From: a virus
Reading direction: 5' to 3' (one strand)
DNA length: 43,836 nt
IMG/VR virus record: IMGVR_UViG_3300022542_000059
Span: 1 to 43,836 of that record
Positions 15,204 through 23,132 of this stretch are shown here, in pieces. Positions within the stretch are counted from its first letter, which is position 1; each line of letters starts with the position of its first letter. The position numbers and the translations under genes are program-made. The notes under the pieces are model-generated. The model saw only the letters and a program-made list of their open reading frames with translations. It had not been told where the DNA came from and did not search any database.

Positions 15204-15313
15204 AACTTGAAACTGATACCGCCCTATAGGGAAAGGGTTTTATTTCAAAACGCTACACTATATTACAGGGTAAAACCTGAAATTTAACGATTCCTGACGT
15301 GAGGAGATAAGAA

Positions 15314-15463
15314 ATGTATCAAATATCCCAAGAGAAAAACGGAAAGTTTGCCGTATGGGAAAATGGGAAGCAAGTTGCAGAATTTGTAAAGTATAAAATG
15401 GCTAGGGAATTTGTCTTGATTAGTATCGAAATGAATGGTACACTTTTAGAGGGAGAAAATTAA
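15314..15463 (+). CDS. Hypothetical 49-aa protein (not in the ORF track)
   Basis: MYQISQEKNGKFAVWENGKQVAEFVKYKMAREFVLISIEMNGTLLEGEN. RBS GAGGAG lies 7 nt upstream. Confidence 0.5.
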   Translation: MYQISQEKNGKFAVWENGKQVAEFVKYKMAREFVLISIEMNGTLLEGEN

Positions 15464-15464
15464 A

Positions 15465-15695
15465 ATGGCTATTGTTCATGCTAAAAAGAAAATGAATAGT
15501 TTTATTCCAGTATCATTGACAATCACTTTTGAAACAGAAAAGGAGCTTGAAAATTTTAAAAGTTTCTGCGGACAAAACGAGTCTGTAGTCTACCACGCTG
15601 AGAAACATTTAGAGGAATTTTTCCCAACCGTGGCAGATTCTCTTGGAGAATGCTATTGGGCATTAGATGGTAATTTAGAAAGAGAAGGAAAATAA
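15465..15695 (+). CDS. Hypothetical protein (possible paralogue of 25959..26195)
   Basis: 76 aa. IPVSLTITFETEKELENFKSF resembles KPITVKITIETPEEFDALFNL in the other ORF. Confidence 0.55.
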   Translation: MAIVHAKKKMNSFIPVSLTITFETEKELENFKSFCGQNESVVYHAEKHLEEFFPTVADSLGECYWALDGNLEREGK

Positions 15696-15696
15696 C

Positions 15697-15975
15697 ATGA
15701 AAAAAGTAAACATTGTAAACCTTCGTAGCTTGCTCATGGCATCTGGTGGTACTTTTATCGGGATCACTTTTACAAAGAAAGATGGAAGCATCCGAAGGTT
15801 AAATGGTAGGCTTCTTGTCTCCAAAGGAATTAAGGGTACAGGCCATAAAATATCCCTTGACAAACCCTCGATTCGCATCTATGATGTAAAAGCTGATGGG
15901 TTCAGGACGGTAAATCTCTCCACTACGAAAAGCTTGAGGATGTTTGGTGTGGAATATCTTGTAACGGCTGCTTGA
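15697..15975 (+). CDS. Small SH3/Sm-like beta-barrel phage protein (DUF2693/WYL_2-like)
   Basis: 92 aa. GGTFIGITFTKKDGSIRRLNGRL ... IRIYDVKADGFRTVNLSTT fits that family pattern as I remember it. Confidence 0.4.
   Translation: MKKVNIVNLRSLLMASGGTFIGITFTKKDGSIRRLNGRLLVSKGIKGTGHKISLDKPSIRIYDVKADGFRTVNLSTTKSLRMFGVEYLVTAA
15857..15885 (+). promoter_or_regulatory. Candidate internal sigma70-type promoter
   Basis: TTGACA - 17 nt - TATGAT inside the 92-aa CDS, ~170 nt upstream of the next gene. Confidence 0.3.
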
Positions 15976-16051
15976 TTCATTGCATAGGGTGTCTATCATT
16001 TGATAGGCATCTTGTGGAAGGAATCACCAACAACTAATAAGGAGAAATAAA

Positions 16052-16237
16052 ATGGAAACAATTAAGGAAGTATTAATGAGGCGTGATGGGATAAGTGAAG
16101 CTGATGCAGATGATCTAATTGCACTAGCTAAAATGGAGCTTTACCTCCTGCTGGATGAAGAGTGTCTGGATGATGCAGAGTTTTGCATGGAATGGTTTGG
16201 GCTGGAGCCTGATTACATCATGGAACTCATTTACTAG
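16052..16237 (+). CDS. Hypothetical small acidic protein
   Basis: 61 aa. RBS AAGGAGAA. The ending GLEPDYIMELIY is typical of small conserved phage proteins. Confidence 0.55.
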   Translation: METIKEVLMRRDGISEADADDLIALAKMELYLLLDEECLDDAEFCMEWFGLEPDYIMELIY

Positions 16238-16254
16238 ACGATAAGGGGGAAGGG

Positions 16255-16428
16255 ATGAAGAAAAACACCATTATCAAGTGTGCTCTTGAGTCAGGAATTG
16301 CACTTTCTACGGCTTATGGACAGGAGACCAATAAACTTTGCCCCATTTCAGACACGGCAACCCTAGAGGTTTTTGCAGCAGCTATTTTAAGGGAAGCGGG
16401 GTTGCTAACAGGAGGAATAGATGAATAG
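16255..16428 (+). CDS. Hypothetical 57-aa protein (not in the ORF track)
   Basis: MKKNTIIKCALESGIALSTAYGQETNKLCPISDTATLEVFAAAILREAGLLTGGIDE. RBS GGGGGAAGGG upstream. Overlaps the next start by 8 nt. Confidence 0.5.
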   Translation: MKKNTIIKCALESGIALSTAYGQETNKLCPISDTATLEVFAAAILREAGLLTGGIDE

Positions 16429-16705
16429 ATATACACCAGGACCGTGGGAAGTTAGAGGACAATATATTATTGGAAATGAACTAGGTGGTTTTGTATGCAC
16501 TTGGTCTGGAAGAAGTGCCAACGCCCACCTCATTGCCGCTGCCCCTGACATGCTCGCCATGCTGGAGGAGCTGGAGTGGAGCGGGGCAAATGATCAGTAT
16601 GATTATTTTTGTTTGGTATGTGACAGATTGCGGCATGAGGGTCATGCTGAGGATTGCACCTTCAGCAACCTACTGAAACGAATCAAAGGAGAAATATTGT
16701 GCTAG
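16421..16705 (+). CDS. Conserved phage protein of unknown function (PGPW ... ANAHLIAAAPDML motif)
   Basis: 94 aa. The motif pair TPGPWEV / NAHLIAAAPDMLAMLEEL recurs in many phage hypothetical proteins. Confidence 0.6.
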   Translation: MNRYTPGPWEVRGQYIIGNELGGFVCTWSGRSANAHLIAAAPDMLAMLEELEWSGANDQYDYFCLVCDRLRHEGHAEDCTFSNLLKRIKGEILC

Positions 16706-17181
16706 GATGGTATTTTGCAAGGAAAGATGAAAAACTTGGATATGGGGACGGCAGGAAAGTTGCTGTTGGGGTAAAGCATACAGTAGAGGGTCCAGTAACA
16801 CTATGTTCACATGGGCTACACGCCTCAGAGAGAATTATTGATGCCTTGCAGTATGCAAACAGTTCTATTCTTTATCGTGTAGAGTTGTCTGGAGATATAG
16901 ACGAGGGAGAAAAGAAATCTTGTAGTACTGAAAGAGCGTACTTAGAACGGATTGATGTTGGAGAGGTGTTGGGAGAGTTTGCTCGTGAGTGTGCTTTAAG
17001 TGTGGTCCATTTATGGGATGCCCCGCAAATTGTTTTGGATTATCTCAAGACTGGAAACGAGGATTTGAGGGACGCTGCTAGTGCCGCTGCTTGGGCCGCT
17101 GCTTGGGCCGCTGCTGGGGACGATCAAAATGAGAAATTAACTGGGATGGTTCTAGCTAAAATTGAGAAAGGAGATAAATAA
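16699..17181 (+). CDS. Hypothetical protein with C-terminal AAAW repeats
   Basis: GTG start 7 nt after AAGGAG. The upstream part of track ORF 16654.. overlaps the previous gene. LCSHGLHAS and ASAAAWAAAWAAAG are present. Confidence 0.55.
   Translation: MLGWYFARKDEKLGYGDGRKVAVGVKHTVEGPVTLCSHGLHASERIIDALQYANSSILYRVELSGDIDEGEKKSCSTERAYLERIDVGEVLGEFARECALSVVHLWDAPQIVLDYLKTGNEDLRDAASAAAWAAAWAAAGDDQNEKLTGMVLAKIEKGDK
17083..17118 (+). repeat. In-frame 12-bp tandem repeat, ~3 units (GCCGCTGCTTGG)
   Basis: Two exact units plus a third with one mismatch. It encodes AAAW-AAAW-AAAG. Confidence 0.85.
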
Positions 17182-17182
17182 A

Positions 17183-17350
17183 ATGACTCGATGTATCGCA
17201 TGTGATGCCATTTGTCAAAGTGACTATTGCGAGAAATGTACCTATCATATCAGGATGTATAACAGTGATTATAACGTGCAGGAAAGGGACAATGTACTTG
17301 ACCAAGAATTAATTGAGGAGTTTTTAAAGGATCGTGAATCTTTAAATTAA
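17183..17350 (+). CDS. Small zinc-ribbon-like protein
   Basis: 55 aa starting MTRCIACDAICQSDYCEKCTYH. The ATG follows AGGAGATAAATAAA. Confidence 0.55.
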   Translation: MTRCIACDAICQSDYCEKCTYHIRMYNSDYNVQERDNVLDQELIEEFLKDRESLN

Positions 17351-17362
17351 CAGGGAGAAGTT

Positions 17363-17659
17363 ATGAAAATTGTAAAAATGACTGTCGGTAATAGTAATAA
17401 AATAGAATTTTACTACCGAACAATTGAGGATGCAATGGAAGCTTACAATTGTTTCCTTGCAGGGGCATTAAATGTAAGTTTTAAATCAGCAAAAGATCAA
17501 CATTATTGGGTGGTTGAGGGGGGCAATGACTTTCCAAGTGTAACTTTTGAATCCAAGGAAGTTATCAGCCAAGTGGAATTTGAAAACTTAGCTGCTGAAC
17601 CTGCCGAAGATAAACTACAGGTCATAACAATTAAAAAGGGCGAAAACTCCGGAGGATAA
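17363..17659 (+). CDS. Hypothetical protein
   Basis: 98-aa ORF with RBS AGGGAGAAG. Confidence 0.55.
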   Translation: MKIVKMTVGNSNKIEFYYRTIEDAMEAYNCFLAGALNVSFKSAKDQHYWVVEGGNDFPSVTFESKEVISQVEFENLAAEPAEDKLQVITIKKGENSGG

Positions 17660-17664
17660 TAATC

Positions 17665-17832
17665 ATGAAACAAGGTGATGTGAAAGTTTATGGGCCAAGG
17701 GGAACTGATCTTGAGAAAGAGAACCAGGAATTGATGAGGGAAGTTGAGAGACTTAGACGACAATTAGCTAGAGTACAATCTTTTGTAGAAATATTGGCTC
17801 AGGATGTCTCTTTTATCCGAAGGGAATATTAA
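17665..17832 (+). CDS. Hypothetical 55-aa coiled-coil protein (not in the ORF track)
   Basis: MKQGDVKVYGPRGTDLEKENQELMREVERLRRQLARVQSFVEILAQDVSFIRREY. RBS GGAGGA upstream. Confidence 0.5.
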   Translation: MKQGDVKVYGPRGTDLEKENQELMREVERLRRQLARVQSFVEILAQDVSFIRREY

Positions 17833-17839
17833 AAAGTTA

Positions 17840-17868
17840 TTGATCTTTTTCTCGAAACGTGCTAAAAT
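17840..17868 (+). promoter_or_regulatory. Sigma70-type promoter upstream of the replication genes
   Basis: TTGATC (17840..17845) - 17 nt ending in TGc - TAAAAT (17863..17868). It is followed by ATTCTTAGGAAG, similar to the late promoter and to the promoter at 22220. Confidence 0.6.
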
Positions 17869-17882
17869 ATTCTTAGGAAGTA

Positions 17883-17940
17883 AAGGAGAGGAAATACCAA
17901 GAAAGTTTCTTTCTTCTCCTTCTTTCTTCTTTTATCTTTA
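17883..17940 (+). promoter_or_regulatory. Polypurine/polypyrimidine hairpin plus T-rich run in the primase leader (terminator/attenuator-like)
   Basis: AAGGAGAGGAAA (17883..17894) pairs with TTTCTTCTCCTT (17910..17921) over 12 bp including one G-T pair. It is followed by CTTTCTTCTTTTATCTTT. Confidence 0.4.
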
Positions 17941-17966
17941 GGAACAAAAACAAAGAAAGGTGGGCA

Positions 17967-19613
17967 ATGGCTGGAATTTGTATTGAGAAATTACCTTGTC
18001 CTTCTTGCGGTTCCAGTGATGGACTACAAGTATTTGATGAAGATGGAAAGTTTAATGGTCTTTGTTTTGCTTGTAAAAAGTATTATCACGATCCATATGG
18101 AACAGGAAATGAGCCAGGAAAGGCAGAAAAGAAAGTGACAAATCTATTTCCGAAGGTTAATCCAGAGACACTTCCTGTTCGGTCTATTTCGGATAGAAGT
18201 ATTAAGAAGGAGACTTGCGAACAATATGGGGTGAGGGTTGAACTTTCCGAATCGGATGGAAAGACAATTATCAACTCTTATTATCCAGACACCAAAGACG
18301 GAAAGGTAGTAGGATGGGAACAAAGAAGTCATAAAGATAAGAAATTCTTCGGAATCGGTGATAGAAAGGGTGCTCTTGAACTTTGGGGTACTAAATTAGC
18401 AAGAAAGAATAACGGAAAAAAGTTATTCGTTACTGAGGGTAGGCTGGACACACTGTCGTTATTTCAGTCTATAATTGACAATACCCCATCAAAGTATAAA
18501 AGCCTTAAACCTTCTGTGGTATCTCTTACAAGGGGTGCAGCAGGGGCATTGAAGGATCTCATCAACAACAGGGACTTTGTAGAGTCCTTTGGTGAAGTTA
18601 TCTTGTGCTTCGACAATGACAAGGCAGGGGATGCAGCTTTAAAGGAAGTGCTAAAGACTTTTCCCATGTTCAAAGTAGCAACCCTGCCGATGAAAGACGC
18701 AAACGATATGGTAATGGCGGGGAAAAGCAAAGAGCTTTTCGACCGTGTAATGTGGAAATCGACCGTTCAAAGGCAGGGGCAGGTAGTGGATGTTGAGGAT
18801 TTCATTGAGGATGCCCTTAAACGTCCACAGATGGGGATTGCAACACCCTGGCCAACAGTGACTAAGCTTTGCTATGGATTCAGACCGCACACCATTCACA
18901 TTATTGGTGCTGCTCCAAAGATAGGTAAGAGTGACCATGAATACCAAGTCCTCCACCATTTAGCATACAAGCAGAAGGTTAAGGTTGGAGTATTCGACTT
19001 GGAAAATCCTCCTGCTAAGACAGCAAAGAAGATTGCAAGCAAAGAAGCAGGGATAGACTTTACTAAACCTGACTCATCTTATCATGATTCAGATTTGAGG
19101 ATGCACCTTCAAAACTTGCAAGGTAAGGTGAGATTTTATGATCGGGGAGCATCAAGGGATTGGCCTGATATCAGGGTAGCGATAGAAGAGATGCACCTGT
19201 TAGATGGAATTAATTTTTATGCAATTGACCCACTCACTGCTCTTGTGTCAAGATATACTTCATCAGAAGCAAATGATAAGTTGAATGAGATTATGACAGA
19301 CATGGCTGATCTTGTTTATAAGCATCCTATAACGATCTTATGTTACTCCCACGTCAATCCGAAACCGAAAGGCAGTAAGCCACATGAGGAAGGTGCAAGA
19401 GTATTGTCTTCGGAATTTACAGGAAGCAGGGCAATGGAGAAGTGGGCGCATTATGGATGGGGAATCCGAAGAAATAGAAGCCCTGATTGCCCACCAGAAG
19501 AACATAATGTGAGTTATCTTGATCTTCTATTTGATAGGGACTTTGGTAACAGTGGGACAGCTACATTATTCTTCAACAAAGAGGATATGAGTTATCTTGA
19601 AAGGGGCTTTTAA
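17967..19613 (+). CDS. Bifunctional DNA primase/helicase (T7 gp4-like)
   Basis: 548 aa. N-terminal zinc finger CPSCGSS...CFAC, TOPRIM TEGRLD / CFDNDKAGD, and Walker A IIGAAPKIGKS with DnaB-like helicase motifs. Confidence 0.85.
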   Translation: MAGICIEKLPCPSCGSSDGLQVFDEDGKFNGLCFACKKYYHDPYGTGNEPGKAEKKVTNLFPKVNPETLPVRSISDRSIKKETCEQYGVRVELSESDGKTIINSYYPDTKDGKVVGWEQRSHKDKKFFGIGDRKGALELWGTKLARKNNGKKLFVTEGRLDTLSLFQSIIDNTPSKYKSLKPSVVSLTRGAAGALKDLINNRDFVESFGEVILCFDNDKAGDAALKEVLKTFPMFKVATLPMKDANDMVMAGKSKELFDRVMWKSTVQRQGQVVDVEDFIEDALKRPQMGIATPWPTVTKLCYGFRPHTIHIIGAAPKIGKSDHEYQVLHHLAYKQKVKVGVFDLENPPAKTAKKIASKEAGIDFTKPDSSYHDSDLRMHLQNLQGKVRFYDRGASRDWPDIRVAIEEMHLLDGINFYAIDPLTALVSRYTSSEANDKLNEIMTDMADLVYKHPITILCYSHVNPKPKGSKPHEEGARVLSSEFTGSRAMEKWAHYGWGIRRNRSPDCPPEEHNVSYLDLLFDRDFGNSGTATLFFNKEDMSYLERGF

Positions 19614-19802
19614 ATGAGAAATTTACAGCCAGAAATTATGCACAATTTTGGAGAACCTTTTGCAGTCATGGTAGAAGATCCTGATGGGGGATATGTTAGT
19701 ATAGATGAACTCATAGAATGGGTTAAATTGCAGCGCAATGATGTTCCTATTACAGGGGAGGAACTTGCTAATACTTTGCAGTATGTCTTGGGTGTTAACT
19801 AG
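19614..19802 (+). CDS. Hypothetical protein
   Basis: 62-aa ORF starting directly after the helicase stop. Confidence 0.5.
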   Translation: MRNLQPEIMHNFGEPFAVMVEDPDGGYVSIDELIEWVKLQRNDVPITGEELANTLQYVLGVN

Positions 19803-19833
19803 GTATGAGTTATCTTGAAAGGAGATATTAGAA

Positions 19834-21684
19834 ATGAACATTTTTGACTTGGAGGCCGATGGACTCACTCCCACTAAGATCCATGTGCTTTCGGTCACAG
19901 ATAAGAATGGTAAGGTGATTCACAGTACAAATGATTATGATAAGATGAGGAAGTTTTTTACCAACGCAAAGATTCTCATTGGACATAATGTAATCCGGTA
20001 TGATCTAGTTGCTGTAGAGAAATTGCTTGGTGTCAAGTTCAAAGGAAAAGTGGTTGACACCCTTAGCTTATCGTGGCATCTTGAACCTAGCAGACAAAGA
20101 CATGGGCTTGCTGAATGGGGAGTTGAGTTTGGAATCCCTAAACCAAAGATAGAAGATTGGGATAATCTTTCTTACGAAGAATACAAGCATCGTTGTGAGG
20201 AAGATGTTAAGATTAACTTCAAACTTTGGGAGAGGTTGTGGAGTAAACTCCTCACTCTTTATGAAGGTGATGAGAAGCAAGCTTGGAGATTGATTGACTA
20301 TCTAACATTCAAGATGGAATGTGCCACAGAACAAGAAAAGAGTGGTTGGAAACTTGATGTTGAGAAGTGTGAGGATGGACTTGAAACATTAACCAAGGAG
20401 AAGGAAGATAAGACATGCCAACTCGCAACGATCATGCCGAAGGTTGCAAAATATCAGGTAAAGAAGAGGCCAGCCAAGCCATTCAAGAAGGACGGCAGCT
20501 TGAGTGCAACTGGCAAGAGATGGTTCGATTTGTTAGAGAAAGAAAACTTACCCGAAGATTACGAAGGAGAGGTCAAAGTCTTAGTTAAAATGGTTGAGCC
20601 TAATCCTGGCTCAGTACCGCAAGTTAAGGAGTGGCTTTATTCATCTGGCTGGAAACCAGAGACATTCAAGTTCGTAAGGAACAAAGAAACAGGAGATGTC
20701 AAGCAAATTCCACAGATCAATCTCGAAAGGGGTGGTGGGATATGTAAAAGTATAAAGAAACTTTACAAGAAAGAACCAAATCTTGAGGTGCTTGATGGGT
20801 TATCCGTCCTAACACACAGGATCTCGTTGCTCCAAGGATTCATGAAAGCAGTAGATGAAGAAGGATATGTCAAGGCAGAGATTCAGGGATTGACAAACAC
20901 TCTGAGATTTAAACATGCTGTTTGCGTGAACTTGCCAGGAATTGATAAGCCATATGGGGAGTTGATTAGAGGCTGCCTCACTGCACCAGAAGGATGTGAA
21001 CTGTGCGGGGCTGACATGTCAAGTCTTGAGGATAGAATTAAGCAACATTTTATGTGGGAGTTTGATAATGCTTATGTCAGAAAGATGATGGCAGATGATT
21101 ATGATCCGCATCTTACATTAGCAGTTTCAGCAGGGGCATTAACTGAGGAACAAATGTCTGCTCATAAGGCTGGTACAGAAGACCATAGTGCTATTAGAAA
21201 GATATATAAATCTGCGAACTATGCTTGCCAATACTCAGCAGGTGGTGCTACAGTAGCTAGAGCAGCAGGTATATCTAAAAAAGAGGGAGAGAAATTAGTT
21301 GAAGCGTACTGGAAATTAAATTGGGCAGTGAGGGCTGTACCGAAGATTATTAAAACAAAGAATGAACTTGGCAGCATGTGGCTACTGAATCCAATATCCA
21401 AACTTTGGTATTCTCTTCGGGCAGAGAAGGATATTTTTAGTACATTGGCACAAGGATCAGGCGTATGGGTATTCGATACCTGGGTAAAGCATGTCCGAAG
21501 TAAACGCCCCCAACTTACTGCTCAATTTCAGGATGAGATAATTCTCTGTATCAAGAAAGGATATAGAGAAGAGTGTACTAAACTTCTTCGATGGGCTATT
21601 GCTATGACAAATAAGGAATTGAAACTTAATCGAAAGATGGATATTGATATCCAATTTGGGGAAAGATATTCTTTGATCCATTAG
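19834..21684 (+). CDS. Family A DNA polymerase with 3-5 exonuclease domain
   Basis: 616 aa. Exo I NIFDLEADGL. Pol motifs GADMSSLEDR, RKIYKSANYACQYSAG and QFQDEIIL. RBS AAGGAG. Confidence 0.85.
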   Translation: MNIFDLEADGLTPTKIHVLSVTDKNGKVIHSTNDYDKMRKFFTNAKILIGHNVIRYDLVAVEKLLGVKFKGKVVDTLSLSWHLEPSRQRHGLAEWGVEFGIPKPKIEDWDNLSYEEYKHRCEEDVKINFKLWERLWSKLLTLYEGDEKQAWRLIDYLTFKMECATEQEKSGWKLDVEKCEDGLETLTKEKEDKTCQLATIMPKVAKYQVKKRPAKPFKKDGSLSATGKRWFDLLEKENLPEDYEGEVKVLVKMVEPNPGSVPQVKEWLYSSGWKPETFKFVRNKETGDVKQIPQINLERGGGICKSIKKLYKKEPNLEVLDGLSVLTHRISLLQGFMKAVDEEGYVKAEIQGLTNTLRFKHAVCVNLPGIDKPYGELIRGCLTAPEGCELCGADMSSLEDRIKQHFMWEFDNAYVRKMMADDYDPHLTLAVSAGALTEEQMSAHKAGTEDHSAIRKIYKSANYACQYSAGGATVARAAGISKKEGEKLVEAYWKLNWAVRAVPKIIKTKNELGSMWLLNPISKLWYSLRAEKDIFSTLAQGSGVWVFDTWVKHVRSKRPQLTAQFQDEIILCIKKGYREECTKLLRWAIAMTNKELKLNRKMDIDIQFGERYSLIH

Positions 21685-21692
21685 GAGATAAT

Positions 21693-21884
21693 GTGAGAAT
21701 TATATACAGAATTAATCATCCTGGTGAACTTATGGCTGGCATCAGCTCTTTTTCTGATATCATTGTGGTTGACGTTGAAAGCGGAGATCCTGGTGGAGAG
21801 CCAGGAGAATTTGCAACACTCATCACTGAAGTTTTAAGTGAATGGTTCGGTGGCGCAACAGTAACGATGGAGAAAGATGAATGA
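21693..21884 (+). CDS. Hypothetical acidic protein
   Basis: 63-aa ORF with a GTG start after GGAGATAAT. Its stop overlaps the next start (ATGA). Confidence 0.45.
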   Translation: MRIIYRINHPGELMAGISSFSDIIVVDVESGDPGGEPGEFATLITEVLSEWFGGATVTMEKDE

Positions 21885-22069
21885 GCCCAATGTACGAATA
21901 TCAGTGTCAGAAATGTGAAGCTATTTCATGCTACATTAAACCTTATCATATGAGAGACATAGGACACACCTGTGAAGGTTGTGATAATGAAGAGGATATG
22001 AAGTTGATTGTGTCTAAGCCAGCAATCCCATCATCATGCACAACGGAAGGGGAAGAAAGTAATGAGTAG
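21881..22069 (+). CDS. Zinc-ribbon protein (FmdB-like pattern)
   Basis: 62 aa. MYEYQCQKCE ... HTCEGCDN. Confidence 0.5.
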   Translation: MSPMYEYQCQKCEAISCYIKPYHMRDIGHTCEGCDNEEDMKLIVSKPAIPSSCTTEGEESNE

Positions 22070-22223
22070 AACATATCGAAAAGAATATAAAGGAGAAGAA
22101 GGCAAGAGATTTGACAGAGATTGCAGGAACAATGGGCATCGTCCTCATTGCACAGATGATAAATTATATTCAGATACCAAGTGGAGAGAAGCCACCGCCA
22201 ATGGTGGGGAAGATAACGGTTGA
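22062..22223 (+). CDS. Hypothetical basic protein
   Basis: 53 aa from the ATG at 22062 (MSRTYRKEYKGEEGKRF...), overlapping the previous stop. The longer track ORF from 22008 overlaps the upstream gene. Confidence 0.45.
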   Translation: MSRTYRKEYKGEEGKRFDRDCRNNGHRPHCTDDKLYSDTKWREATANGGEDNG

Positions 22224-22248
22224 CTTAAATTTCTAGGCATGATACAAT
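22220..22248 (+). promoter_or_regulatory. Sigma70-type promoter upstream of the SSB gene
   Basis: TTGACT (22220..22225) - 17 nt ending in TGa - TACAAT (22243..22248). Followed by ATTCTATAAG. Confidence 0.65.
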
Positions 22249-22293
22249 ATTCTATAAGTTAATAAGAACAACAACAGTGAGGAGAACAAAAAC

Positions 22294-22929
22294 ATGGCAG
22301 GATTGAAACGGCGGATAGTTGCAAGTGATGAGAAAAAAGAATTTGATAGCATTCCCAACTTGGTAAATGGTCAGGAGTACGAAGGTCGGCTGGTATATGT
22401 TGCAGATCTTGGACTGCATACACGAGAGTTTAAGGGGGAAGTAAAAACTCCCTGTCAAAAGATTGCACTTGGTATTGAAATTCTTGGGGAGACTGTAGAG
22501 CTGGAAGATAGCACTGTCCCTCGTGTACTTTGGACTAAGCCATTCAACATCTTCTTCCAGCTTACCGATAAAGGTAAAGAGATTGAGTATTACAAGATCT
22601 TTGAACCCGGAGCAGAGGCCGAAGAAGAAGCTGATTGGGATGCACAGCTTGGTAAGCCAGTGTCCGTATTGATTACTCACTTCAAAAAGGATGATAACAC
22701 TTACGACAATATCAAGAGTCTCGCCCCAATCCCTCTCAAATACCAGGAAGGTATTGAGAAGGCAACCATTGAGCCTTGTATCGGTGACGCAGATGATGAA
22801 GAGAATGCTTGTACCAGGGCATTGTATGGATTGGTTAAGTGGATGTTTGAACAACGCCTCACTGAAGAGTCTCTTCCCGAAGTACCGGAAGGGGGAGCTT
22901 TTAACCCTGAGGATGACATTCCGTTTTAA
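22294..22929 (+). CDS. Single-stranded DNA-binding protein (gp2.5-like) with acidic C-terminal tail
   Basis: 211 aa ending ...NPEDDIPF, the same DDIPF tip as bacterial SSB tails. Own promoter and strong RBS GAGGAG. Located in the replication module. Confidence 0.6.
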   Translation: MAGLKRRIVASDEKKEFDSIPNLVNGQEYEGRLVYVADLGLHTREFKGEVKTPCQKIALGIEILGETVELEDSTVPRVLWTKPFNIFFQLTDKGKEIEYYKIFEPGAEAEEEADWDAQLGKPVSVLITHFKKDDNTYDNIKSLAPIPLKYQEGIEKATIEPCIGDADDEENACTRALYGLVKWMFEQRLTEESLPEVPEGGAFNPEDDIPF

Positions 22930-22942
22930 TAGATAAGGAAAT

Positions 22943-23029
22943 GGGGGCGTGGTGGAACTGGTATACACATGAGGTTTAAGCCCTCACGCCGTTAATGGCA
23001 TGCAGATTCGATCTCTGCCGCCCCCACCA
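22943..23029 (+). tRNA. tRNA-Leu(UAA): tRNA-Leu (anticodon UAA), type II with long variable arm, CCA encoded
   Basis: Hand-folded. Acceptor GGGGGCG/CGCCCCC, D stem GTG/CAC, anticodon stem TGAGG/CCTCA with loop TTTAAGC, variable arm GCC-GTTAAT-GGC, T arm GCAGA-TTCGATC-TCTGC, then A-CCA. Confidence 0.85.
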
Positions 23030-23036
23030 TAGATTA

Positions 23037-23112
23037 GCCACCGTAACTCAATTGGCAGAGTGCTTCACTTGTAATGAAGATGTTATAGGTCCGAATCCTA
23101 TCGGTGGCTCCA
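23037..23112 (+). tRNA. tRNA-Thr(UGU): tRNA-Thr (anticodon UGU), CCA encoded
   Basis: Hand-folded. Acceptor GCCACCG/CGGTGGC, D arm ACTC-AATTGGCA-GAGT, anticodon stem CTTCA/TGAAG with loop CTTGTAA, T arm ATAGG-TCCGAAT-CCTAT (C at position 55 is unusual), then T-CCA. Confidence 0.8.
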
Positions 23113-23132
23113 TTAAATTTGAAAGATTATTA

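Noticed and set aside
15222-15250. Rho-independent terminator after the acidic-protein gene
   Set aside because: CCCT/AGGG is only a 4-bp stem, and CCCTATAGGG cannot fold with a 2-nt loop. It is too weak to call and is noted only as a copy of the TATAGGGAA motif.
22252-22968. 238-aa minus-strand ORF
   Set aside because: It is antisense to the SSB gene, has low-complexity hydrophobic content and no RBS, and sits inside a plus-strand transcription unit.
22995-23132. N-terminal 46 codons of track ORF 22995..23555
   Set aside because: This stretch runs straight through two well-folded tRNA genes. The HNH domain protein has its own ATG at 23133.
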